From the NCBI GenBank assembly GCA_964036045.1, contig OZ038378.1, positions 165,478,001 through 165,542,000 on the forward strand: a stretch of DNA of 64,000 nt, in the 5' to 3' direction. A model generated the notes under the pieces. It was not told the origin of the DNA. It searched no databases and saw nothing but the letters and a program-made list of their open reading frames with translations. How positions within the stretch are numbered: position 1 is the first letter of the stretch; the number at the start of each line of letters is the position of its first letter. The position numbers were made by a program, and so were the translations under genes. The DNA comes from Eutreptiella sp. 'Long Island Sound 2002' (taxonomy: Eukaryota; Protista; Euglenida). Shown one piece after another: positions 36,331-48,700 of this stretch.

Positions 36331-39300
36331 CTGAGCTGAGCTTGGAAACCTCAAGATAGCACCTAGGCGTACTATCATTGGTTAGAGGGTTCATATAGGA
36401 GAAAAAAGTGGAACCCAGGCCTGAATCGACGCACAATGGCCGCTAAATGCCAACCATCTCTCTTTGTAGAGCAACAAAACATGTATGCTCTACGCTTTGA
36501 CCATTGACCTGCAACAAAAAAGTGGAATGGGACCAGGGTCGAAATCGACGCACAGTGGCGACGACAGGCCAACCAGCTTTAGCCCACTCCCGTGCCCACA
36601 AGCCCAAAACGCCACTGGTGAGGAATTCGCCATTTTCAGGCTGGCATGGGTTGTCTGAAAAATCGCAATTTCTGGGTGAACTCCGACAACCTATCGGGAC
36701 CTTTGGTTGTTGTTGGTGATCATTGGTGACAATGGAGGCACGCATAAACCCATAGGGAGGCATGTAGCACCAACTAAGCCCTCTTGGTGGGGCTTATTGG
36801 CCCCAAAAAGCGTCGTTTTGGGCTGAGGGGTCGGTGGATTGATCCCTGCCGGTGGTAATGTCTCCAAGTGCACCTCGGCCAGTGGGAGTTGCCGGACTCG
36901 CAATGTGGTGGCTCTTCTTCAAAATGCCAGTCAACTACTTCCTTTTTGGGTGCACCTTGATCTACGGGAATCACGGCACTCGCCGCGGCAGCGCAGCTCT
37001 CCCCATTTTTGCAGACAACCCATTTTGTTGTGGACCTCGCAAGAATGTGGCCGCACAAGAAGCCAAGACATCTGGAGTACGCGCATCACGCAAGAGGAAA
37101 CCCGTTCTGAGTCCCCTGCCACGGGGTACCATTCACTGTTTCATTTCAACCTGCGTCGGCGGACGGGTAAAGAGTGAGCGCCCAGCCCCCCTTCCCCCAC
37201 ATGATGTATGGTGGTGGACAGTGGGGTGGGTGGTCACGAGCCCGAGTAGTCCTGGCCAACCTACTTGCGGGTGCAAGTCATGCAGACCCAGCCCACCTCC
37301 CCCAGCCCCCACTTGGCCATATTTGGGAAATTGGGTCTACCGGCAAGTTTTCGGCGCTAATTTTGGGAATCCCCTGTTTTGAAGGTGCTCATGAAGAACA
37401 AAAAGGTCCCACATCAGCCCCCCCCCCCCCCCCCAGGCCGCCCGAAAAAAACCAGCGGCCGACCCAGACCAACACCTCCCCCAAAATGCCCCAGGTGCTT
37501 TCTCGCAGCCAGATTGATTTGATAACATCCAGCAATGTGGTTTGCTCCAATCCCTCAAAGGGTGGGGGGGGGTCAAGGAGGGGGAATGATCTGGAAAACC
37601 CCACCCCCCAGCCTCCCACTGGTGCCGAGGTGTTCAGTGGAACTCTGGGGGCTGTGTGTGTTTGTGCTGTACAGTTCAGCATTGGCCACCGGGAGGGAGG
37701 CTGAATGACCCTCAATGCCATTTATTTACAACATCTGTCTGCAGCAACACATGGCCAGCATTGCAGGACCCCGAACCAAGGTCCCTACCCAGGCCTGCGC
37801 TTCAAGGGAGTGATGTACCCACCCGTCCCCCGGGGGCTGCCCCAGTCGCTTAGGCCCATCCCCAACCGCTCTCCAACCGTTTTGTAACCACCCGACTGGA
37901 CCTCAACCGCTTTGCCAATCGCCCGTGGCCGCTTTCGCCGTCGCGCCTGGGGCCCCCTTTCGTCTCCTTCTCCCTCAAGCGCAGGCCTGTCCCTCCATCC
38001 TTCGGTGCTCCCCTCGCAAGCTTCAAGGGGTTAGGGGCCCCACTGCTGTTGCCCTACCACAACAGCCGCATGACCAGGCCTGTTGGGGCTCGGGGCACTG
38101 TCAAGGGAAATGCCTCTAAAACACGGGGCACCGTTAACGGACACGGCGATTGCCCGCACTCCGGCCGGTCGCTATCTGAGGGTAAACGGCGTCGGTTGAT
38201 CATCAACCGCCGGATTGACCACAATCCTAATCCTGCTACCCTCGGGTGGTGAGCCACCGAAGTAAGGGGTGGCCCGCCCATGAGGGACCTGCAGTAGTCC
38301 TGCAAAACGGGGCCCGGATCAATGGGCTGGCGTCGCTGCTACGGTCGGGCGGAGTGCACTTCAGAGGGGAGGGCCAGGGGATTGATTCCAGAGGAGGATT
38401 CACGCGTTTCGGGGAAGCGGTGCTCCTGAACGGAGGGGCGGAGGATCGCACTGAACCCCCCCCCCCCAAAGCCTGTGGCCACTGAAGCTCCTCCCGCTGG
38501 GCTCTGTGCTGACCTCCTTAAGGCACAGACAACAAGCGTATCGCGCGACTAGGCCCCATATGCGGACAGCATCACGCCGCTCCACGGACCACTAATCCTC
38601 CCGTTGGCGTGGGTTGGGGGGTCCGGAAAGTGGGGGCTGTTGGCGCGCAGCCCTACCCACAACACACACACCCCCCCCCCCGGGGCATCAAATGGATAAG
38701 CACCCACAAAGGTCTCGAGGTAGCGCCCCCGACGGTGTTCAGTGCTCTCCCGTTCCAACACAGCCACGGCCAAAGACGGAGCCGGGCTGCCTCCTCCGTC
38801 TCCCCAGACCTGCCAGGCACTGGGGGCAGATAGCACTCAGGCCGCGAGGCCCCCGGGGCCACACAAGGGGCCATGGGCCGGCGGTAACTTTCGAAAACGT
38901 GGGGGAGGGGGCGCCGCCACGCCGCTAAGCCGGTCCTTCGAGGGGGGGGGGGGGTCCCCCACGTTCGGAGCCACCGCCCCTACCGCCACCACCCTCTCCG
39001 TCCGGCCCCTGGCCGTACCCCACCCAACCGCCAGACATGAGCGCCCCACGCACCCTCCAACCGCCAGCGACCGCTTTGGCACCAGCAGCGCTCATCAACT
39101 GCCGCCGGTTGACCACCAACCGCCGTAACGTCCCCAGGAAATGAGAAACAGACTGACGCTCTCCTGAAAAAAAAAAACACCGAAGGAAGCGGCGTGGCGG
39201 TTCTCAAGGGGCTCTCGACGACCGGCGCGGGCCACGAAGGCCCGTCCTTCAAAGCCAACCGCTGTCACTCAATCATCAGCGTGATCCACTGCGTTCGGGT

Positions 39301-39394
39301 GACCGCCAGCCTGTCGCTGATCAACAGAACCCGAGGGTTGGTCGCAGGGGAGGGCACCCCCACAATGACGCGAATGTCGCGGGCGCTTTCGGCT

Positions 39395-39715
39395 CTAAGC
39401 CGCCGCGTCCGCCGCTGCGGCGCCCGCGCCCTCCGCGAAGGCCAGCCCCTCCCTCAACGGGCTCCTCTTCACGGCCGACCCCGTCGCGTCGTCCGCAATG
39501 TCCGGCGCAGGGTCGCCCGCGGGCCGCTCAGACCCCAGCCCCTCGGGGCCGCTGCACTCGGCCAGCGTCTCGGTGGACGCGCACTCCATCGCCATCGGCT
39601 CGCTGGTGTTCAGGACGGCGGGATCCGCGGGGTCCGCGGCATCGGGTTTGGGCTCGGCGACAAGGACCGCGGCGCCCTTGTCCGTGAACTTGAGCGTGTA
39701 GCGCGTCGAGAACAC
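39395..39715 (-). CDS. GPC1: GPC1 terminal exon (VFSTRY...AAA*)
   Basis: ttcag|GTG acceptor completes YYIEVFSTRY; open frame to TAG at 39397-39395. Confidence 0.88.
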   Translation of the reverse strand: MFSTRYTLKFTDKGAAVLVAEPKPDAADPADPAVLNTSEPMAMECASTETLAECSGPEGLGSERPAGDPAPDIADDATGSAVKRSPLREGLAFAEGAGAAAADAAA

Positions 39716-42700
39716 CTGAAAGCGCGTGCGACGTGCGGGTCGCGGGTGCATTCACGACGGAGGGCAGGGCCATGGGCACCAGGCGAACGGGCGGCCGAAA
39801 TGGGGGAGACGACGGAATCGATACCGGCATCAGAACAGAACCGGGGCCGGCCCGCATCGATGGCCCACGTCGACGCACCTCCGGCAGATAACGGGGGGGC
39901 GGTCGCGCGGCAGACACAAAAAGCCCCGGTGTCCGTTCGACACAGCCCCGCGTTTGAAGGATCACCGGCGGCGGTCGAAGGGCATTTTGTGGCATTCGGA
40001 CGCCGGAGGACGTCCCGCCGACGCACCCGCGGCGGGGCGTGTCTTCTTCGGAAATGTTCTGAGGCCGTGACGTTGGCTCCGGACGCCCGCCGAGAGCCTC
40101 CGGACTCGAATCAGGGGCTATGGGGGCGGAGGACATGTGATCTGCCCTCGCGATCGACCGGAGGCCCTCGGCAGTAGAAGGGCCAATGATGAGGGCGGTC
40201 GTCCACTCGGAGGTCCTGCTGTGGTCTGCGGGTCTGTGTACTGCCGTCCAGGCCACGCAATACATAATACCGGTCGGTGGCCCCCTATCGCCCCCCCCGC
40301 CCCCCCGGAGCCATGCCCCCGCCCCCCCCTCCTCCCTTGGGAGCTCTAGGCGTGGGTGCACAGCCGCGCAGCCGATTGGGCGCACGCCAGAAGGCACCGC
40401 CCCCCCGCGCCCGCGCGACCGATGGCCTTCACCCTCAACGTTCGGGGACACGGAGGAGGCGGATCGGCATTTGCGCTCCTGTCTGCAGTCATTTGGGGGG
40501 GCACAGAGCAGAGATGTGTTGGAAGTGGGGGAGGGGGATCTGAAGGGGCGGGGGGTGGGGGGGGTTGGCTGGAACAACCCTCCGCCCAGGGTCCCCCTAT
40601 GGTCCCCGCCAAAGGCGGGCCAAAAAAAATTAAGCGTAAATCCTCTTGGCGCCGAGGGCGCCGAAGCAAAATTTTGGCTGTCAGCCCCAAAAATTGGAAG
40701 GGGAGGGAGAGGGGGACGGGGTCCCAGGGGGGGGGGGGGGGACCCCTCCTGCTGCAGTGTACGGCCGTCCTAATACATCACCGGGTATCCCCTCCCCCCG
40801 CCCCCCGCCCCCGTCCTCCATTGCACGCCACCCGGGCCCACAGCGCCGCACACGATACCTCGATGTAGTAATTGGCGCCGTTCCACACGCAAACGCAGAG
40901 CGCGAACCACATCATCAGCGCATTGGCCCAGTGGTAGTCGAAGCTCAGCTTCGCCGGAAGGAAAGTGCCGGCGGTGTACAGCAGCTGCACGGTCCAAAAG
41001 ATGACCTGCCAAAGACCGTGTCGTGCGTCAGATGTCAGTCGGGGACAGCCTCCACAACCGACGGTACATGCCACAAGTCTTTTTGGGCTGGCCGTGCCCG
41101 CCCTGTGTGACATTCCGTCTGATTGTTGTTTCTTTACGGGGCCCTGGACAGTCACCCGTTCTTCCCTTCGCATGTTGCGTCGGGTCGCTGCTTTCTGTCG
41201 GCTGCTGCGGCCGGTGCTCTTGCTGGTGTCGTTTCCGCGTTCGCGGAGCCCAGTATTTGGCGTATTGAGGATGTGCTGGATGTTGCCGGGGTCGTTTGAC
41301 TGTTTTTGCTGTCCACGCGCCTCTGTCCACATGCCGTGCCCCCCCCCCCCCTCCGCATCACACCCCCACCTTGCCAAGGGGTGGGCTACAGCCAGGCCAC
41401 CCCAGGGGGCCGGGGTCGTACCTCCGGCCCCCACCCCGGCACGAGGACAATGTATATCTCCCGCCAGACCCCCCCCCCCCGCGGGCAGGGGCCCGAGTCA
41501 GAGCGCGCTGGATTTCATCCACGGTCTGCCTAAGTTTGGTGGTTATGACAGTTGTCTGGTTGTCACGTGTGGTCTGACCCGTTTCACCCGCGCGTTCCAC
41601 TGCAACAAAAAGATCAAAGGAGAACAGACTGTGAAAATTTTGGTCGAACAATGGTTCGAGCACTATGGGACACCTAAGGAGGTGCACTCAGACAAACATG
41701 TACGCATCGGGAGTGACACCGGATGGTACAAGTGAGTACTTGACGCCCTGAACGTCCATGTGACCACAGGTGTGCCCTACACTCATACTTCTAACCCTCT
41801 ATGCGAGAGACAGAACCGTGTGGTGGAGCAGAACCTGAGGATTCTGATGAAACAAGAACGTACTAAGGGTTGGGTACGCTTGTTACCCTGGGCTGTCCTA
41901 ACCATGAACTCTCAGGGGAGTTCCTCAACTGGCTATACCCCCCACGAACTATTCCATGGGGGGCGTCCTGTGTGGTTTTTCAAAACCCCTTTCCCCGAGG
42001 ACTACAAGAGCCCCGTAGGGGATTGGCTGGAACACAGGCAGGACCTGGCTAACCTAGCTAGAGCTAACCTGAAACACGTTCGAGAACATGAGCTAACCAG
42101 GCGTAACCGCACGAGACGTCCTGCCAGTTTCAAGGTAGGAGACCTGGTGCTGGTACACCACTCGCGATTGCCCACTTGGCCCCGCAACTGTTTGCAGGAC
42201 CCTTTCTTTGGGCCTTGCCGCATTACAAAGATAAATGGATCCAGGATCCATGTGAGGTGCAGTCCCCACCTAGCTGGAGAGCTGCTGTGTGCACCTAAAC
42301 AGCTGAGACATTACCACTCTCCTGACGAACTGTCTTGGGATGAGTGGCGTCTGTCTGACAGAGAGGTCGAGCGTATCGACTTGGAGAACGCTGCCAACCC
42401 TGAGGAGGCAGACGAACTCGAAGAAATGACTGCCGATGAGATGGCAGTCGTTGGCTACTACGTGGTTGCAGGTATTGCACGCCACGAGTATAAACAGGGC
42501 TGGAAATTCCTTACCCTGTGGGATGGCTATGGGCTATCTGAGGCAACCTGGGAGCCCATGTCAGCCTTTATACAGCCAGATGGGAGTATCATCCCATCTT
42601 TTGTTCCTACCTCGTTGAGAACAACGAGGGTCAGCTACTAACCCGCGCTGAGACCCTGTCCCAGCGTAAGAAGAAAAACTAATCTCTCCTTGTGCCTATC

Positions 42701-45700
42701 TATTTATTGTTCCTAACCGAACTTAGGAGGTTGCAAGCTTCAGGAGGCGGTGGTACTTCCCTGACATCCCCTCCTCCCGTTGGGAGTCTCCTTCGGGCCA
42801 CTCCTGCAGGAGTATAGGCTCCCCCCGGAGGTACACTCCCCCCTCACCGAGGAAAGCAACACTGGGGATCATCGGAATACCACCAGGCCGCTTATCTTGT
42901 TTGCAGCCCAATGGTCGGTGAGTCCTACTGCCCGAGCCTCCCACCATACATTAATCTGCACGGTGTAGTACCAAGAACGCGCCCACACGCTGGACTAGGT
43001 ACCCATGGGGTCGGATCAGTCCGAGGTTCCCCCCTCCATACGACCACCCCAACCGAGGGTCACCTGAACACGCCGGCCTACGTGAACAGATTCCGTCCCT
43101 TCGGAACTCACAGTTGAGGCCCTTTACTCGCAACCCCCTCTGTTACCTACCCTCCCAGGGGCGGTGAGCACTCTTGTGCCGATAGCTGGGCCTACTCAGT
43201 GTGTGCTAGGACAGGTTCAGCATCATGCGGCGTGCATCCGCCGTGGCACCAAGACGGGGCTGTTCTGAGAGTCCTGGGGGGAAGGGGAGTTTCAAAACAA
43301 AAGCCGCACTCAACAACAGATCTTCAGAAAAAGAGGGAAAGGGGGATGCCCCAATGTTGCCCCTCTGTGAAAGATCTTCAACTTCCCAGGGGAAGGTATA
43401 TCAAGGGGTGTGCCAGGGGGGGGGGGGGTGCAAGAGGAAGGGGGGGTCCCCCCCCAGCCCCCCTCCCCCTAGAGAGGACGAATCACAAAGCACAAAATTG
43501 GGTCCATCAACAACGGGCCTAAAGGGGGTTAGAGAGGGGGGGGCGGGGGGGTCCCTGATACTCCAGCATAGACCGCTTCACCTGATCCCAATGATGCGCT
43601 GATTATTTTGTGGGATGTATCACGGGGGAATATTTTTAGAAAAAAATGCCCCCGTGGCCGCTTGCCGACGCACTGTTTAAGCGTAACCGTTCCTCAAGCA
43701 GCCCTCTTCTGAGGACCTGCGGTAATTTGTAATTTGATGTCACAGGGGGGCACTTTTGCACGCACATGCAAGCCGGTAATTTACGGGGGTTTACACTCGT
43801 TTTGGCCCCCAGCCACCAGGTTGTGTAAATGGGTGTAAATTTTTCCCCAAACGGCGTAAATTCCCAAGAAAAGTGGCGTAAATTCCCAAGAAAAGTGGCG
43901 TAAATTCCCAAGAAATGGTGTAAATTAGTAGAACGGACGGTGTCACTCAACAGCTCAACCAAACTCAAAAACTCAAAATAGAGAAACTCAATGTTTTGAA
44001 GGTTGGTTGCTTCGGCGCACGGAGGAGGCTGACCAAGTCAGAAGTTGTTCCTACCATGACATTTGCCCCATCCGTGCAAAGCCAAACAAGCCGACGGACC
44101 CAAACCTCCAATGCTGCCTTGTAGGCTCTCAGAATTGACTTTGCGCCCCCCCCCCCCCTCCAATGGTTGAAGTGAAAAAAAGTGTGTCACTACATGATTG
44201 GGGAGGGGATATCGGACATACAGCATCTCTTCTTTCTTTGTTGACCGATCGGTGCAACTGTCCGAAGTGAGAGCAAAATATGGGGCTTGGAAGAGGGGTT
44301 TGGCCTCCTCCGTGCGCACATCGGCAGCAACATGCTCCCGAATTTCAATGGCGGACGGATGGCATCGATGTGTCTTGATGATGCTTGCACCATTCAGTTC
44401 CCCGGCCTCAGCGTCCCCAGCCACATCACGAAGCATACCGCGCCGTTTCACGGCATGATACACAAGGCGGAAGAGCGCCCGAATAGCTTGCCTTGTCTCA
44501 AGCGGGAGGGTGTGAGTCACCTTCCTCACCTTACCAGCAGAATTCCAGAGAGCCAAAGAAACAGCATGGCAGCCAGATTGTTGATGCTTTTTAATCTTGT
44601 CCCATTTGCAATTCTCAATTCCCGAAATCCACTCAGGGTGGGCTCCGAGCTGGGGGTAGGTACGGCATGCCGCACAATGCATCATGCCATCTTCGTATTT
44701 AAGCCAAGGGCGGCTAGACTGCCACGAAGTGTGGAATGGACGCTGCTCTCTACGGGGTTCTGCGACCTGCTCAGGTGGGGCCGAGCACAAGAGAGGCAAG
44801 CACCATCATTAATGCACGTGACATGCACATAGCAGTTACATCGCATGCACTGTTGAGTGTCAGTGTCCCCTGGAGGCTTGGCACACCCCCGACATGCACA
44901 TGCGAAACACCATCGATGATCTCCCGACTCGCCCTCCTCATCCACCTCCACCTGTCCAGTGTTTCCCTTCACAACAACGAAGCACTGCTCATGCACCCCC
45001 CGTTGACACTGGGAGCATGCAGCAGTGACCCCGCATAGCCGGCCGCGGCAACTCGCACAGTACGATGAGCTGAGGACGTCAACGTACGAGGCGACCGATG
45101 GGGTGTAGGCTGTCGTTCGCGCGGGCTTGGGTGGTGCCTTGGGGGCTTCAACCGAGAACTCGAAACCATTGCGCACTTTCGAATTCTTCGCTGCACGCTC
45201 AATCTGCACTTGCTACAAATTTGAGGGGGCACCTTCGGACTTGATGTAGCGGAGCGCGGCTGCCGGAGTAGCAAAGTGTTGCCACACGGCATCACCGCCT
45301 TGCTTCCGCACCCACATTTACATGACAAAGCTAGAACAGCGTGAACAAAAGGAAAGCAAGGAAAGAAAGAAAGCCCCTAAATGCCTCCTTCTCGAGCCGG
45401 GGAAAAGCTCGAGGCAGGGATCTTCAAGCCCCTGAATGCCTCCTTCTCGAGCCGGGGTAAAGCTCGAGGCAAGGATCTTCACTCGTCTTGCCTGATTCGG
45501 TCTAGTGTTCTCTAGCATAGGAAACGGGCATCAACAAAGTTTGCACTTGACAAAGGACACAAATGTTGTTCACAAATATTGCTAAGTGCAGGGAATGGCA
45601 CGCAAAGCACGAGAAAGCAAAGGAAGAAAGAAAGCCCCTGGATGCCTCCTTCCCGAGCCGGGGTAAAGCTCGAGGCTGGGATCTTCACTTGTCTAGCCGC

Positions 45701-48700
45701 ATTCGGCCTAGTGTTCTCTTGCATAGGAGACAGGCATCAACAATGTTTGCAGACGACAATTGACACAAGTCTTGTTCACAAATATTTGTAAAGACACGGA
45801 ATGGCACGCAAAGCACGTGAGAGCAAAGAAAGAGAGGATGCCCCTAAATGCCTCCTTCTCCAGCCGGAGAAAGGCTCGAGGTAGGGATCTTCACTCGTCT
45901 TGCCGGTCTGGGTAAATTGGCTACACAGCCCCAGCAGACTCTGCCACAGGGAAGGGGCATTTACACAATTTACATTCCAAAATGGACAACAATCTAGCTC
46001 ACAAATATTTGCAACTGCCAGCAATGGCAAGGAAATCATGTAAAACCCCTAATTTACGCCGAATTTAGAAAAATTTACGGGAATTTACGCCACTTTTCGA
46101 GGAATTTACAAAAATTTACGTAAATTTACAGCGTAAATTGCTCCGGCCTCCGGCTCCACCCCCATTTGTTACCGGCTTGCGCACATGGTGCTCCGGGGGG
46201 GCTGCACATTGATCCGTTGACACCATCACTCCCGACAGAAGAAAGACTGTGGCCTCGGGTCAATGTGCAAAGTGTGGCACATCCATTCTGTGGCACATGC
46301 ATGCTGATGGCATTCATGCCGCAAGCATGCTGTAGGGCACGCTGCAAGGGAGTACCTCCCACAGCCTTCAAGACTGCCCCTGCCCTCCCCCCACCCGCAC
46401 CAAACCAATTACGTCGATAATCTTTCCAACGCTGCGGTATATCTGGCTGTTGAAATTCAACCTGCTATTGGAGATGGGGCTAGTGTTCCACCTTCGGTTG
46501 CGAAGGTTCAACCTGCTGCCATTGATGCTGCAGTTGCTGCTGCTGATAAATGTCACATTCCGAAAAAGAAGATACCGCGGTTTGTAAAACTGGGAGCGCT
46601 GAAGGCAAGAAAAGGAGTTGGGAACACACACTTCCCAGCTGTACTGGTGTGAAGAAGAGGAGGCCCCTCTTGTCTTTCACAGCAAGTGGGAGAAAACTGA
46701 ACATGGGCAGGAGTAGGCAGACACGGGCAAGAATCTTACACAAGCACAACAACGCATTTGACTCACTCAATATTGTGCACGAGCCCGAAGCCGTACTTTG
46801 CAGAGTGTGGAACCCGAAAGTTCTTTCACCAAACTGTCTGTGTAGCCTAACGAAGATGGTTTTCACATGCAACTTGTGCCTGAATATAGGTATGACACCA
46901 CCAGACATTCGATGATATTCGTCAACGCTCCCAAGCCTCCAGCCTGTCGGCCCTCCTGCCAAGAAGCAAAGGAAAGAAAGGCACCGTGGCGTTAGTAGTT
47001 TCTATGCCGCAAATGCACATCTCCACGGATTTTAGAGCAGATGTTCGAACACCGCGATTTCCTTGGTCCATAGTAGATTGTTGTGATTTGTTTGCCGTAG
47101 TGTGCCCCCAGGCGGGGGTACTTTAAGAGGGTGTGAAGGGGGGGGGGGTCTGAAGTGGGCAAGAGGGTGTGCTAAATGTATGGGGGAGGGGGCAGAGATG
47201 CATTGGAAGGGGGGGAGATGCCCCCCCCCCCCTTCCAAGGCGCCCAGCCTATGCCCAGCCGCTGTCCCCCTGACAGCAAGTGCCAGCCTCAATGGCATTT
47301 GTAACCCACAGTAACCCCGCCTCCAACCGCTTCGGCAACCTCCTCCAACTGCCTTCCGAACCGCCTCGGGGCGCCTCCGGTGCCCCTTCCTGTCTAATGC
47401 ATCCCTAGGACGGATTCACAGCACCCAGAACCACCAGCCCCCTCCCTCCCTACAGCAGGCGGTCCCCCCTCCCTACAGCAACATGCACCCCCGCCACCCA
47501 ATGCCCCCCAGGGCAGAAAGAATGGAGAGGGCGGGGAAGAAACTGGGCAGGGGGAAAGGGACGAACCAAGCAGGGTAACAGGACAGGGCAGACCGCGCTT
47601 GCCGAAAACGGTACGGAGCGCAGAAGGAGGAGAAGGAAAGGGAAAACGGGAAAGAATCTTTGTGGTTGTTAGAAGCCCCTGTCAGGGAAAATTATCCTGC
47701 GGATGCACACCCCAGCGCGCACAAGTCAGTGCTGGAGTCGGCAAACCCCCGCATGGACTCGGAGTGTGCATCTGGATGCACCTCATCATTGGCACGGGCA
47801 ACAGCCCGTCTCCGGGACAGCCGATCCTGGAGTAGTCAAACAGGACAAGTCATCTGGGGGCTCCGTTGACGGGACCAAAACAGGTTCGGACCCACAGAGG
47901 GTCAGAATGAGCAGTGGCGAGAGGCCAATAGGCGCCGCCAAAGGCAAACAATCAGACACCGAGGCCTTGTGCCAACCCCCCCCCCCCCGGGGGGGGTAGG
48001 ACTGTCTGCGGAAGCTTGTCCCGCTTGGCAGTGCCCTGTCGCCTCTGAGATGGCGTGGCAAGCTCAGGCGATCCTGGGTGGAAGGGGTGTGCAAACACAA
48101 GCCACGGCCGTTGTGGCCACCCTCCCCCCCCCCCCTCTGCGCGATGCGCCCAACAGGCTTTGCAGCCAGCGATCTGGCGAGGCCCTCCCACTATCTCAGG
48201 CTTGACGGCCAGCGATCTGGCGAAGCCCGCACTCACCCCTAGGCTCGACGGCTAACGGTCTGGTGGGGCCCTCACTCACCCCCCTGATCCAAGGGGCTGC
48301 TAACTTTTTATTATTGCCTGCTAGTAGTACCTACCTGTCTACCTGCACAATGGTGTGTATTGCAGTGCCAGTACTGTATCTCCGTGACCCCTCCCCTCCC
48401 GCCGTCTGCTACACATCTGCAAGTGCGTCACCTCACGTGACAAGGGGAATGGGAGCCCTAAAGGTGCCCTACACAGATGGTCCTCCCCCCCCCTTGCCCC
48501 TACCCCTGCCCCGGCCCCTCTCACACCTCCCTTCCATGGCAGAGCCAGTGGGCCGTCCCACGTCTGCCCTCCTACCCTCCACCCTCCCCCGGGAGCGCCA
48601 GTGGGCGATCCCATGGTTGCACTCCACCTGCCCCTTCTCCTGCGGCGCCTGTGGGCGATCCCACGGCTGCAATCCACCCCCCCCTCTCCCCAAGCAGCGC

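Larger units (their letters stand above)
43769..46179 (-). mobile_element. hAT DNA transposon, internally deleted, with intact ends
   Basis: 11-bp TIR CAAGCCGGTAA / TTACCGGCTTG. Identical 8-bp TSD CGCACATG at 43761-43768 and 46180-46187. Subterminal GTAAAT(T) repeats at both ends, including 3x 22-bp gtaaattcccaagaaaagtggc. Confidence 0.92.

Noticed and set aside
23306-39394. Complete Ku70 (XRCC6) gene
   Set aside because: Only the SAP exon was found and no vWA or beta-barrel motifs were recognised upstream, so no gene symbol was assigned.
39194-40577. Long ORFs (327 aa plus strand, 349 aa minus strand)
   Set aside because: GC-rich antisense or off-frame shadows of the GPC1 last exon and adjacent intron repeats; no motifs.
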